Assembly (NCBI GenBank): GCA_963729895.1
Contig: CAVSQB010000015.1
Coordinates: 17,096-81,095, forward strand
DNA length: 64,000 bases
From: an uncultured Fibrobacterota bacterium
GTDB lineage: Bacteria > Fibrobacterota > Chitinivibrionia > Chitinivibrionales > FEN-1185
Direction: 5' to 3'
In this document: positions 51,196 through 62,411 of the stretch, in pieces
Layout of the letters: each line of letters begins with the position of its first letter
Numbering within the stretch: the stretch's first letter is position 1
Notes under the pieces: generated by a model
What the model saw: only the letters and a program-made list of their open reading frames with translations
Told to the model about the DNA's origin: nothing
Databases searched by the model: none
Made by a program: the position numbers and the translations under genes

Positions 51196-51369
51196 TGGCC
51201 GAGGGGCTTTCCAATGGCAGAACTTTTCGAAAGCCGAATGCAAATGAGACATGGGCGACTAGCTTTATTCAAATGGACCCGCTATTTATTTGACAAGGTG
51301 CTCCAGAAGCCTCGACAACCTTGAAAGACCTCTTGACCAGCGCCACTGTCTATGGCGCCTTGCCACCCC

Positions 51370-52481
51370 TTAGTGTCGTTTCCCGCTCATCTTCCCTTCC
51401 GACCCCATCGCCACCTTCTTCGTCTTAAGAATAAGGATTGGAATAATGCACGCGGCGGTGCACATGGCCGAAAAGAAGAAATCATCGTCTATTCCCCACA
51501 CAAACATTTGTTGGCTAAAATGTGAAGACAAGAGCATTGATGCCTGCGTTGCCGCGCTCTGGATTGTGGAGCCCGCGTCGTGAACAGCGTGAAATTGCAG
51601 CACCCGCAATGCCTGCAAAAAGGCGGGCGATGAAGAGTCTACGACAGAACCGGCTGCGGCAGTGTGAAAAACAATTCGCTGGGCGAGCAGGGTCTGCAAA
51701 ATCGCCACGCCAAAACTGCCTCCTACCTGGCGGATGACATTGGTCATCCCTGATGCCTGGGCCATTTCGCGCCTCGAAATGTCGGTGAGCGCGAGTGCGC
51801 TGAGAGGAGAAAAAAGCATGCCCATGGCGAGTCCTCGCAAATACATAGGAAGCATGATTTGCGCGTGCCCCGAAAACACCGACATCTGGGTATTCAGAAG
51901 AAAGCTGACAGTAAACAGGATGATTCCAATCACAATTGGGATTTTGGCGCTTACCTTGTCGGAAAAATGTCCGGCAAGTGGCCCGGTTGCGGCCTGGATG
52001 ATACCCACCGGCAGCAACACCATGCCAGATTGTAAAGCGGTGTAGCCCATAATATTTTGAAGGTATACGGGAATCAGGAAAATGCTGCCGAACACTGGAG
52101 AATACCGCCGCCCATTCCTTGACCTATGCGCATCGCAATAAGGGATTTTTCGTTCCACGATATGCCGCAAAGAAACGAGAACATGGTAAACGCGGCAAGG
52201 CCCACCGCATAGGTCCGTTTGTATCCGAACCGGTCTGCAATCCAGCCGGAGGTGGGCAGCATAACCGCGAACGCGAGCATGTAGGCGGTAAGGATCCACT
52301 GCGCCACATCGACCGAAATGCCGAATGACGCCATGATTTTCGGCAGGACCGTATTGACGATGGTGGCATCGAGCACCACCATGAACGTGCTGATCATGAT
52401 ATTGGCAAGCACCCACCATTTATACGAATCGCGCTCTCTGAAGTGTGAAGGCACCTCCTTGGCAAGTCGAGGATCAAGCAT
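51370..52481 (-). pseudogene. EmrB/QacA (DHA2) MFS efflux gene with internal deletion and frameshift
   Basis: LDATIVN..ADRFG..RIGQGMGGGILQ joined out of frame at ~52095 to FGSIFLIPVYLQ; central TMs missing. Confidence 0.85.
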
Positions 52482-52843
52482 GGTGGCCCATTCCTGCAAA
52501 ATCTGCATGTATGCCGCCCCCGCCGGGCGGAGCAACATCGACCGCCAGACTTGGGGTGTTGTTGTCAAACAAGAACAAAGGGTAGAAGTGCAAGCGCCAT
52601 GCCAGCAATGGTTTGATCTTACTGCGGTGATTTCATATTTTTGGATCTGGTCAATTACTGGAGTCGAAAGCCGGAGTCTACCGGCATTTCTCAATTCCGG
52701 GAACGTGAAAATGCCTGCCTGGGCACTTCAGTGAATTATAATTAAAGGCAGTCAAGCGATTACCCCCGCGATGGACGCAGGGGAAGGCTCGAATCGCCAC
52801 AACATTCTTGCGGTTTCAAAACTGCATTGAGAAAGGGACAATC

Positions 52844-53680
52844 ATCACCACACTTGAATTTTCGGGGCTCGTGGGCACCGCCTCGGTTGGCGCCGGGCTT
52901 CTCGGCTCCCTCACCGGGCTGGGCGGCGGCATCATCATCATTCCGCTGCTGACGATCTGCCTCGGAGTTGACATACGCTATGCCATAGGCGCGTCCCTTA
53001 TTTCCGTGATCGCCACCTCCTCCGGCGCAGCAGCGGCCTACGTCCGCGAAGGCTTCATCAATATCCGGGTCGGCATGTTTTTGGAGATAGCCACAGTCTG
53101 CGGTGCGCTGGCCGGCGCCTACGCGGCAGCCTTCATCGCCCCGAAAATCATCGCCGTTCTTTTCGGACTCGTGCTGCTGCACTCGGCGTATCTGACGATA
53201 CGCGCGCAGGTCGTCGATGGCAAGGACACGCAGCCCAACAGACTTGCAACGCTGCTTCGGATGAACGGCAGCTATCCCGTGCCAGGCGGCACGCGTACCT
53301 ACAATGTGAACGCCGTTCCCGCCGGTATGGGACTGATGGCGCTGGCCGGTGCGCTGGCCGGCTTGCTTGGAATCGGCTCGGGGGCCTTGAAGGTCATCGC
53401 CATGGACCGTGTAATGAAACTTCCTTTCAAGGTTTCTACAACGACAAGCAATTTCATGATCGGCGTTACCGCCGCGGCAAGCGCAGGCGTGTACCTGCAC
53501 CGCGGCTGCATCGACCCGGCCCTCTCCATGCCGGTGATGCTGGGTGTTCTTGGCGGATCGATCGCCGGAAGCCGTGTTTTGACAAAAGCAGATACGAGGG
53601 TGCTGCGCATCGTGTTTGCAGCGACCATCGTGCTGTTGGGGATCGAAATGATTTACAAAGGCCTATGGGGAAACTTTTGA
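52844..53680 (+). CDS. TauE/SafE (DUF81) permease; no ATG at the expected start
   Basis: GSLTGLGGG, GLLGIGSG and STTTSNFMIGVTAA motifs; ATC after RBS AAGGGA, or TTG at 52808. Confidence 0.88.
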   Translation: MTTLEFSGLVGTASVGAGLLGSLTGLGGGIIIIPLLTICLGVDIRYAIGASLISVIATSSGAAAAYVREGFINIRVGMFLEIATVCGALAGAYAAAFIAPKIIAVLFGLVLLHSAYLTIRAQVVDGKDTQPNRLATLLRMNGSYPVPGGTRTYNVNAVPAGMGLMALAGALAGLLGIGSGALKVIAMDRVMKLPFKVSTTTSNFMIGVTAAASAGVYLHRGCIDPALSMPVMLGVLGGSIAGSRVLTKADTRVLRIVFAATIVLLGIEMIYKGLWGNF

Positions 53681-53681
53681 T

Positions 53682-54071
53682 ATGCCAAAATCCGGACGAG
53701 TCTTCACCGACAAGCAGATGGGTGTTCTTATTGGGGCGCTACTGCGCATGGGCGTCATTGCCGCCGCTGCGGTAGTTGCGGTGGGCGGTGCGCTTTTTCT
53801 TTGGGCCAATGCCCATCTTACTCCTCACTATTCATCCTTTCACGGCGAGCCCGCGAACATGACTGCGGCGTCTTCAATCGTCGCTGCCGCGAGGTCTCTT
53901 GACAGCCGCGCCATTATTCAGTTGGGGCTCCTCATGCTCATCGCCGTGCCGCTTGCGCGGGTGACTTTGTCCGCCGCGGCTTTCTTTCTGCAGCGCGACC
54001 GGCTGTACTTCACGGTCACCCTCGCGGTGCTTGCCCTGTTACTTGCTTCGCTGCTTGGTGTAGGCCGGTAG
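53682..54071 (+). CDS. DUF1634-family membrane protein
   Basis: LLRMGV, IIQLGLLMLIAVP..RV and RDRLY motifs; typical partner of TauE. Confidence 0.85.
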   Translation: MPKSGRVFTDKQMGVLIGALLRMGVIAAAAVVAVGGALFLWANAHLTPHYSSFHGEPANMTAASSIVAAARSLDSRAIIQLGLLMLIAVPLARVTLSAAAFFLQRDRLYFTVTLAVLALLLASLLGVGR

Positions 54072-54161
54072 GAGCATGCTTTTTGAATTGAGAACTTCCC
54101 CCGGCTGCCAGCAATACTCTTGCCCTGCGTTCCGTAGCCTTAAAACTTTCACCGCTACTGC

Positions 54162-54350
54162 TTAAGCGGTCACCTGCGTGCGCCGCTGGCCGATGCCGAT
54201 GTTGTATTCAGCCGGCCCGCGTTTATCGCAGTTGCCCGCAACAAGAACTAGCAAAGAACCATGTTCAATCATGAATTTACTGATGATCCCGAGCTGTTTC
54301 TCTGCTTTCGGTTTAATCACCCACTTGTAGTCCAAGAAAGCAAATTCCAT
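54162..54350 (-). pseudogene. Degraded Pal/OmpA-domain remnant
   Basis: VAGNCDKRGPAEYNIGIGQRR resembles Pal EGHCDERG..EYN.ALG.RR; no signal peptide; stops follow. Confidence 0.6.
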
Positions 54351-54364
54351 GGCATATAAGTTGC
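54350..54364 (+). promoter_or_regulatory. Sigma-54 promoter candidate for the efflux operon
   Basis: TGGCAT-ATAAG-TTGC, canonical -24/-12 spacing, ~90 nt before the TolC gene. Confidence 0.55.
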
Positions 54365-54452
54365 TGAACCTAGTAGGTCATAGAATTATTGAATGCAATC
54401 CGATGGAACTGTCCGAGCCATCGCATAATTTGGAAAGGGCAACAGGTTTCTC

Positions 54453-55949
54453 ATGGCAAACTGCGGCATACCCGGTGTGGCAGTATTCACGGGTACCTTG
54501 CTTTTCGCTGGATGCGTGCATAATGTGCCGCATGTATACGGGCTGCCGGGAACTTCCGCGGGGCCGGAGGACTCATGGGTTGCACCCAGGCAGGTGATCG
54601 AAAGACAGGAAAAATACCGGGACACCCGGTCTGCAGAGGATGCACCCGCAGTGCATCGCGAGTACCTTGACAACATAAATACCCTCTCCCTGTCGGACAT
54701 TGTAACTATCGCTCTCCAAAACAACAAACTTACCCGGCAAACGTGGGCGCAGGCGCGGGCCGCCGCGGCCTCGTACGCCAGCAAAGTCGGCTCCTATTTC
54801 CCCGTTATCACCGGAACTGCCGCCGGAAGCAACCAGAAAAATCCAACGCTCGGAGTGCCCTACGAAAAGGGCGTGTGGAGTTACAACGCGGGTGCATCCC
54901 TGAGTTGGCTCATCTTTGATTTTGGCGGCAGAAGCGCGTCGGTCGAGGAAACACGGGAAGCCTTGTTTGCGGCGGATTGGTCCCACAACTCCGAAATCCA
55001 GAGCGTCATTCTCCAGGTGGAACAGGCATACTACGGATACTTTGCAGCCAAGAGTCTTTTGGCAGCGCAGCAAGCGGCAGTCGATGAAGCCAAAACGAAC
55101 CAAATTGCCACCGACGACCGCCATTCCGCTGGACTTGCCACCATCGCCGACGTACTTCAGGCGCGTACCGCCCTTTCGCAAACCCAGCTTGGGCTGGCGA
55201 CCCTTTCCGGTCAGGTCATGACAACGCGTGGCTCGCTTGCAACAGCCATGGGACTCGGGGCGAACACGGCGTTCGACGTTGTACTTCCCATTAGCGCTCC
55301 GCCGCCGGAGGTGAGGAAGCAGACGGTGCAGGAATGCCTTGATAGTGCGCTACGCAAGCGTCCAGATCTCGCGGCGGCAAGGACACTTGCCCTTGAGGCC
55401 GCCGCTCACGCAAGAAGCGTGCAGGCCGATGCCTTTCCCCTGCTGTCGGCAAACGCCACCTACGGGTGGTTATCTCTTGTCAACGTAAATCCGGGATACA
55501 ATCTCTATAGCGCCGGGCTCGGGCTTACTATCCCGATCTTCGCCGGTTTTTCGCACCACTACGACGCGGTTGCGGCCCGGGCGCTGGCCGACGCCGCAGA
55601 TGCGAACGCGCAAAACGTCAAGGACCTCGTTACCCTTCAAGTCTGGACAAGCTATTACGGCCTCCAAACGGCTGACCAGACCGTGGTGGCCAGCGACGAC
55701 CTGCTTGCCAGCGCCACCGAGAACCACGATGTTGCCCTGGGCCGGTACACGTCTGGGGTAGGAAGCATTCTCGACCTTCTCACGGCCCAAGCTTCGCTCG
55801 AAAACGCCAGGGCGCAACAAATTCAAGCCCGCGCCGGCTGGTGGCTGGCCGCGGCACAGCTCGCGCACGACATGGGCACGCTGGAAGTCACTCCATCCGG
55901 CGACCAGGAGACAAAATCAAGGAGCGGCAGAAAGGACCCCGAGCAATGA
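54453..55949 (+). CDS. TolC-family outer-membrane efflux lipoprotein
   Basis: Lipobox FAGC; duplicated OEP repeats (SWLIFDFG, GLATIADVLQA; GVGSILDLLTAQ). Confidence 0.9.
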   Translation: MANCGIPGVAVFTGTLLFAGCVHNVPHVYGLPGTSAGPEDSWVAPRQVIERQEKYRDTRSAEDAPAVHREYLDNINTLSLSDIVTIALQNNKLTRQTWAQARAAAASYASKVGSYFPVITGTAAGSNQKNPTLGVPYEKGVWSYNAGASLSWLIFDFGGRSASVEETREALFAADWSHNSEIQSVILQVEQAYYGYFAAKSLLAAQQAAVDEAKTNQIATDDRHSAGLATIADVLQARTALSQTQLGLATLSGQVMTTRGSLATAMGLGANTAFDVVLPISAPPPEVRKQTVQECLDSALRKRPDLAAARTLALEAAAHARSVQADAFPLLSANATYGWLSLVNVNPGYNLYSAGLGLTIPIFAGFSHHYDAVAARALADAADANAQNVKDLVTLQVWTSYYGLQTADQTVVASDDLLASATENHDVALGRYTSGVGSILDLLTAQASLENARAQQIQARAGWWLAAAQLAHDMGTLEVTPSGDQETKSRSGRKDPEQ

Positions 55950-57097
55950 AGGCTCATCATCCGATGCTACAATTGATCGTGATCGCGCTCGCAGGCGGGC
56001 TGGCAATGTGCGCGGTCGGCTGCGCTACCAAGAAGTCCGGCCGGGGGATTGCTTCTGCCGCACCGGTACTTGTGGAGGAAGCTGTTTCAATGGATGTTCC
56101 CGTGGAGTTGCGACAAATAGGAACAGTGGAAGCCATTAACACCGTGGCCATCACCGCCCGGGTGGGCGGCCAACTCGTGAAAGTTGGCTTCGAAGAAGGG
56201 CAAACCGTCAAAAAAGGGGAAGTGCTTTTTCAAATCGACCCAGCGCCCTTCAGAGCGGCTCTTGCGCAGGCCCAGGCGAATCTCGAACGCGACAAGGCGG
56301 CCTTGTTAAATGCAAATGCGGACGTGGTCCGGTATCAAGACCTGGTGAAAAAAGACTACATCACGAAACAAACGTACGACGCCGCGGTCTCGACCGCGGC
56401 CGAAACAAAGGCGATGGTCGATGCCGATTCCGCTGCTGCAGATAATGGCCGCATCAATCTCGCCTACTGCACCATAACCTCGCCTGTTGCCGGGCGCACC
56501 GGTCCAATACTCGTAAAGCAAGGTAACATCGTGGTGGCCAACGGCACGAGCCCGCTTGTAACGATCAACCAGATCGAGCCGATATACGTGAGCTTCACCA
56601 TTCCAGAGGAACAGCTTTCCAAAGTACAATCACGCGGAACCAAAGCAGACCTCCCGGTGCTTGCCTACATTCCCACAAACTCTTCGAGAATTTTCCGCGG
56701 CAAACTTACCTTCATTGACAACATGGTTGATGCGGCAACCGGCACGATTCTGCTCAAGGCGACGTTTGCGAATGACGACCACGCCTTGTGGCCGGGGCTC
56801 TATGTCAAGGTGGGGCTTGTGCTCACCAAGCTTCATAACGCCACAGTAGTCCCCGCCGCTGCCGTGCAAACGTCGCAGCAAGGAAATTTTGTTTATGTGG
56901 TTGCGCCGGGCGACACAGCGCAATTTAGGCTGATTGACGTGGGTCCCACTTCCGGACGATGGATCGTTGTTGACAAAGGCGTGACACCCGGGGAAAAGGT
57001 CGTTACCGACGGACAGTTGGGAGTGAGGCAGGGAATACGGGTGTCGGTAAGAGCGGGCCTCATGCCGGCCGCCGAAGGAGGGGGACGGCCGCAATGA
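55946..57097 (+). CDS. RND periplasmic adaptor (MdtA-like)
   Basis: EGQTVKKGEVLFQIDP, ITSPVAGRTG and LWPGLYV motifs; ATGA overlaps at both ends. Confidence 0.92.
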   Translation: MKAHHPMLQLIVIALAGGLAMCAVGCATKKSGRGIASAAPVLVEEAVSMDVPVELRQIGTVEAINTVAITARVGGQLVKVGFEEGQTVKKGEVLFQIDPAPFRAALAQAQANLERDKAALLNANADVVRYQDLVKKDYITKQTYDAAVSTAAETKAMVDADSAAADNGRINLAYCTITSPVAGRTGPILVKQGNIVVANGTSPLVTINQIEPIYVSFTIPEEQLSKVQSRGTKADLPVLAYIPTNSSRIFRGKLTFIDNMVDAATGTILLKATFANDDHALWPGLYVKVGLVLTKLHNATVVPAAAVQTSQQGNFVYVVAPGDTAQFRLIDVGPTSGRWIVVDKGVTPGEKVVTDGQLGVRQGIRVSVRAGLMPAAEGGGRPQ

Positions 57098-59625
57098 ACA
57101 TCTCCCGCATTTTCATCCTGCGCCCGGTGATGACCACGCTGGTCATGCTGGGAATACTCCTTTTCGGCATCATCGCGTACCGAGGGCTTCCCGTAAGCGA
57201 CTTACCTACCGTGGATTTTCCGACTATATTGGTAACCGCCACCTTACCGGGCGCGACATCGGAAACCATGGCGTCCGCGGTGGCGACGCCGCTGGAGCAG
57301 CAGTTTTCAACCATTGCCGGCGTTGCTACCATGAGTTCCGTGAACAGGTCCGGGCTTTCGCAGATCACACTGCAATTCGTCTTGAGCAAGAACATCGATG
57401 CGGCCGCCCAGGATGTCCAGTCGTCAATCGCGCTTGCCCAGCGACTCCTGCCTCCCGACATGCCGACGCCGCCCTCCTACCGGAAAGTGAATCCGGCCGA
57501 CCAACCGATCCTGTACATCGCGCTCACCTCGCCCACCCTCCCAATGTATTCCCTCGACGAGTACGGCGAAACCATGCTTGCCCAGCAGATCTCCATGGTG
57601 GATGGCGTTGCACAGGTCCAGGTGTACGGCTCGCAGAAATACGCCGTTCGGGTCCAAGTGGACCCGAACGCGCTCGCCACCCGCGGCATCGGCATCGACG
57701 ACGTCCAGAACGCGGTCAACGACGCAAACGTGAATCTACCGACGGGAATACTTGACGGATCGAAAAAGGCCTACGCGGTCCTCGCAACGGGACAGTTGCT
57801 TAACGCCGATGCCTATAAGGGGATAATCGTGGCGTACCGCAACGGCCGCCCGGTGCGCCTCGGGGAAATAGGCAACGTCGTCGACGACGTGCAAAACAAC
57901 AAGACCGCGGCCTGGTTCAAGGGCAAGCGAGGCATCATCCTTGCAATCCAGCGCCAGCCGGGCACAAACACCGTGGCGGTATCCGACGCGGTAAAGGCGC
58001 TCCTGCCGAGCTTCCGCGGGAAGTTGCCGGCGGCGGTGGACCTGCAGATTTTGTTCGACCGGTCGGAGGGGGTGCGGGACTCAGTTCTTGACGTAAAGAA
58101 AACTCTTCTGATCGCCCTTCTTCTGGTGATCCTGGTCATCTTCGCATTCCTGAGGAACCCGTCTGCGACTCTCATCCCGTCGTTATCGCTGCCGATGTCG
58201 CTCGTCGGCACCTTTGCCGTCATGGGACGCCTCGGATACACGCTCGACAATCTCTCCCTTATGGCCCTCACCTTGTCAATCGGTTTCGTGGTCGACGACG
58301 CCATTGTGATGCTCGAAAACATCGTCAGGCACATGGAACTCGGGGAAAAGCCGCTGGAAGCGGCTCTCAGCGGCTCCAAGGAAATCAGCTTTACCATTGT
58401 CTCAATGACGTTGTCGTTGGTTGCTGTTTTTATTCCGGTCCTCTTTATGGGCGGAATTATCGGGAGACTGTTTCGGGAATTTTCGGTGACCATCGCGGTT
58501 GCGGTCCTTATCTCCGGGTTCGTGTCGCTCACGCTCACCCCCATGCTGGCCAGTCGCTTTATCCGTCCTCCTGGCGATGTGCGCCACGGCAAGCTCTTCC
58601 TGGCAACCGAGCGCGGCTTTACGGTCATTCGCGAAGCGTATGGACGCGGGCTCGCCTGGTCGCTTGACCATAAGCCGTTCACGCTTGCAGGATCGATTGT
58701 CGTCCTGGTACTCACTGTGTTTCTCTTCATCATAAGTCCAAAGGGATTTTTCCCCAGTGATGACACCAACAGGCTTGTTGGAATTACCCAGGCCCAGGAA
58801 GGCATTTCGTTTGACGATATGAAACGCCACCAGCTTGCCGCCATGAATATCGCAGACAACGACCGCAACATCGATGCATACATGTCAAGCGTTGGCGGGT
58901 TTCTCTCTTCGAACCAGGGCGTTCTCTTTATTCGGCTTGTTCCAAGGGCCAATCGCGCCCTGGACGCCGACAAGGTTATTCAGGAGCTGCGCCCGAAGTT
59001 CGCCCAAATACCGGGGTTGCGCGTGTTTCTCCAGAACCCTCCTCCAATCTCCTTTGGCGCCACCATTTCTCAAAGTCAATACCAGTTCACCCTCCAGGCG
59101 GCTGAGACCGACAAACTGTATCGCGTTGCACAACAGATGACCGAGCGCATGCAGCGGCTCAAAGGGTTGCAGGACGTGACGAGCGACCTGTTGATCCGCA
59201 ATCCCCAGGTCAATATTGAAATTGATCGGGACAAGGCCGCCAGCCTCGGGATCTCCGCCGCCAGGATTGAAACCGCGCTTGCGGGCGCATACTCCTCTGG
59301 ACAGATTTCAACCATTTATGCACCCAATAATGAGTACTGGGTGATTCTGGAACTCTTGCCGCAATACCAGTTCGATCCGGCCAATCTTTCTTCCCTGTAT
59401 ATTCATTCGTCGGGCGGCCAACTCGTGCCGCTCAGCACGTTGGCGCGCGTTACCCAGGACATCGGTCCGGCAGCGGTGAATCATCTCGGGCAATTACCCT
59501 CGGTAACGATTTCATTCAATCTGGCGCCGGGCACGGCAATCGGCACAGCGGTAAACGAGGTCCAGAGCCTGGGCCGCGAGGTGATTCCGGCAGGCATATC
59601 CACAAGTTTCCAGGGCACCGCCTAG

Positions 59626-60937
59626 CAGGGTGTTGAAATAGTCCTAACAGAAGCGCTCTTGTTGATTTTTTATGAACCTAACTTCAACTTTACATATGTC
59701 AGAGAGGTTTTACCTGCCTCGTTCCGAGGCATTTCCCCGGATTCCCAGGCCATTCTCATGCTGCCCCCACCGTTTGCGGCATCAACTTAACCATGCGTAT
59801 CAAGTTGTACGCTGCGGCAACCACGTAGGCAACAGTCTGGTTGATTCGTATTCCTCTTACCCGAGTTTTCCGCAGGCCACCGACGCTCTTGATCCACCCA
59901 AATATCTCTTCAACCCGTTTTCGTTTCCTTTGACTTACGCTGTATCCCTTATGCCGAGTCGTTCTTCCATCCAACCCTTTAAGCGAAGTGTTGGCCTTCT
60001 CGGCAATGTGAGGCTTCACGTGCAGGCGTCGCAGGCTCTTGATAAATTCGGTTGCATGATACCCTTTGTCTGCACCCACCGTCTTCATCCGGCGTTTTCC
60101 GCGCCTGCGTTCATGCTTTATCAGCTCAAGCGCCATATCCCGTTCCGCTGTCCCCGTCGCTGGCGCAATGGCGATATCAACACACAACCCATTTCGGTTT
60201 TCCATCAGCACGTGACCGGAATACGCCAGCTGCGCTCCCGTTCTCTTGTTCTTCCGAGCCAACAGCGCCTCTGGATCGGTCGAACTCTGATGTGTCTCAT
60301 TGCTTCGCTTCTCATGGTGGAAATCAACCGACGGATTACTCCGATCATCGTCAGTCTTGTTCGCCGATTCCGCGTCTTTTCGCTTGAAGCTCTTCATCGA
60401 TGCCCAGGCTTCAATCAACGTGCCGTCAACCGTGAAATGCTCATCGGACAACAACTCTTCGGAACGAGCAAGACGCACGATTTCCTGCATCAGCCGGTGC
60501 GCAATCTCCTGTTCCATAAGTCGATCTCGGTTCTTCGAAAACACACTATGATCAAACGATGCCGCATCCAGATCCATGTCAAGAAACCATCGGAACAGAA
60601 TGTTATAGTCCAGCATCTCGCAAAACAACCGGTCCGACCGTATCGAAAACAAAGCCATCAATATCTGTGCTTTCAAAAGCCATTCCGGCGGTATCGAAGG
60701 GCGTCCCATCCGGCTGTACATCGCCTCAAAGTCACGAGAAAGGCGGCGCAGCGCTATGTCCGTAAACTGTTTGACACGACGAAGCGGGTGCGTTGCCGGC
60801 ACTCGGGAATCCGGAGAAACGAAGCTGAACATACCGCCTTGGGCTGGCTGGGAACCTCTCATCAATACTCCTTGGTTGGGGTTCCCCTATAATATAAGGA
60901 TAAATGTTTACAAAAGGGAGACTTTTTCAACACCCTG
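59626..60937 (-). mobile_element. IS5-family element
   Basis: IRs CAGGGTGTTGAAA...TTTCAACACCCTG; CTAG on both sides. Confidence 0.93.
59756..60865 (-). CDS. IS5-family transposase
   Basis: GRPSIPPE, VDGTLIEAWAS, GADKGY and RVEEIFGWIK motifs. Confidence 0.93.
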   Translation of the reverse strand: MMRGSQPAQGGMFSFVSPDSRVPATHPLRRVKQFTDIALRRLSRDFEAMYSRMGRPSIPPEWLLKAQILMALFSIRSDRLFCEMLDYNILFRWFLDMDLDAASFDHSVFSKNRDRLMEQEIAHRLMQEIVRLARSEELLSDEHFTVDGTLIEAWASMKSFKRKDAESANKTDDDRSNPSVDFHHEKRSNETHQSSTDPEALLARKNKRTGAQLAYSGHVLMENRNGLCVDIAIAPATGTAERDMALELIKHERRRGKRRMKTVGADKGYHATEFIKSLRRLHVKPHIAEKANTSLKGLDGRTTRHKGYSVSQRKRKRVEEIFGWIKSVGGLRKTRVRGIRINQTVAYVVAAAYNLIRMVKLMPQTVGAA

Positions 60938-61664
60938 CTAGGCGTTTCAGTCTTCCCTTTCCGGGCTCGGGCTTCTGCTCCTTATCGCCATATTTGTGAT
61001 TTACCTCGTGCTGGGAATCCTGTACGAGAGCTTCATCCACCCGATCACGATTCTCTCCGCTCTGCCGTTTGCCGGGTTCGGCGCTCTTATCACCTTGATG
61101 ATCTTCAGGGTGGATCTGAGCATTTACGCGTTCGTGGGAATCATCATGCTTATCGGTCTTGTCAAGAAAAACGGGATCATGATGATTGATTTTGCGCAGC
61201 ATGCCCAACATCAGGGTGGGAAATCTCGCCGGGACGCGATTTACAGCGCATGCCTCATCCGGTTCAGGCCTATCATGATGACAACCATGTCGGCGCTTGC
61301 CGGGACCCTGCCCATTGCCATCGGCCTTGGCACGGGCTCCGAATCGAGGCGGCCGCTCGGCCTTGCCGTGGTGGGCGGGCTCTTGTTCTCCCAGTTTCTC
61401 ACCCTGTTCGTCACCCCCGTATTTTACCTGTACCTGGACCGGTTCCAGGGAGGAATCATGCACATCTTCCGGCATAAAGAAAGTGACGGTCCGCGGCAGG
61501 GCTAACTCAATTTTGAAGCAAGCCAATTTCACGGTGCCACGCACCCTCTCGCCGTAATTGCCGCACTGTTCCAACCCGACCAAGAATCTGAAACATTTTT
61601 TCATCAATACCGCCCATTTTTCCCCCGTAATAATTATTGAAACGGCAGTGAGGAGGTGATAAGT

Positions 61665-62105
61665 ATGTCAGAACTCATAAGGTACGATTGGCCCGAAACG
61701 TCCGTAGGGACATTTTTCGAGGATCTTTTTGCGGACAGCTTTTTCAACAGGTTGGATCGCGATTTCAGCAGCACGACGTGGCCTCGTGTGGACATTATCG
61801 AGAGGCCCGATTCTTACATGCTGAAAGCCGACCTGCCGGGGTTGGAAAAGGACGACATTACGATTAACGTCGACAACAGGACGCTTACCATAAGCGGGGA
61901 GAAAGGGGAAACCAAGAGGGAATCCAAAAAAGGCAACTATTATCATCTGGAAAGGAGTTTCGGCAGTTTTTGCAGGTCGTTTACTCTTCCTTCGCATGTT
62001 GACGAAAAGAAAGTCGAGGCGCATTACAAGAACGGCGTTTTGGAACTTATCCTGAAGAAGACCGGGGATGCAGTTTCGAAAGCGATTGCGGTGAAGGTTG
62101 ACTAA
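61665..62105 (+). CDS. Hsp20/alpha-crystallin small heat-shock protein
   Basis: PRVDI, DLPG, ERSFGSFCRSFTLP and YKNGVL motifs; RBS GAGGAGG. Confidence 0.93.
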   Translation: MSELIRYDWPETSVGTFFEDLFADSFFNRLDRDFSSTTWPRVDIIERPDSYMLKADLPGLEKDDITINVDNRTLTISGEKGETKRESKKGNYYHLERSFGSFCRSFTLPSHVDEKKVEAHYKNGVLELILKKTGDAVSKAIAVKVD

Positions 62106-62411
62106 TGATGGCAGGGCGTTGCGCATTGCGTTCGGGTAGAGTTGGGCGAGGGAAGAGTTTGCAGGGCGTTAAAGAGCAATACTTGCAGAGGCTGAAATCC
62201 TTGTCCTGCAAGTATTGCCAATTGACGTTATTCGTAAAAATGGGAATTTGTTTTCGTATTTGAGAATCCCAAACATTCATTCTCCGGCCGGGTCAATAAT
62301 TTGGACTATCCTTTCCATTAGCATTATGGCACAGTCTTAGCTGAGATTAACATTTCCGTCTAACAAAATGTGCCGCTAATGCGTCATTAAAGAAAACTCG
62401 AGGAATGTTTA

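Larger units (their letters stand above)
57094..61505 (+). pseudogene. RND permease (MdtB/MdtC-like) interrupted by IS5
   Basis: 57094-59625 and 60942-61505 are in frame; GFVVDDAIV, VKKNGIM and RFRPIMMTT motifs. Confidence 0.92.

Noticed and set aside
13966..59625. Amber recoding suggested by two in-frame TAGs (GH2, RND)
   Set aside because: TAG ends many ordinary genes here (1444, 8772, 28853, 30454, 54071, 63751); the two sites imply different residues (W, Q) and both genes have second lesions
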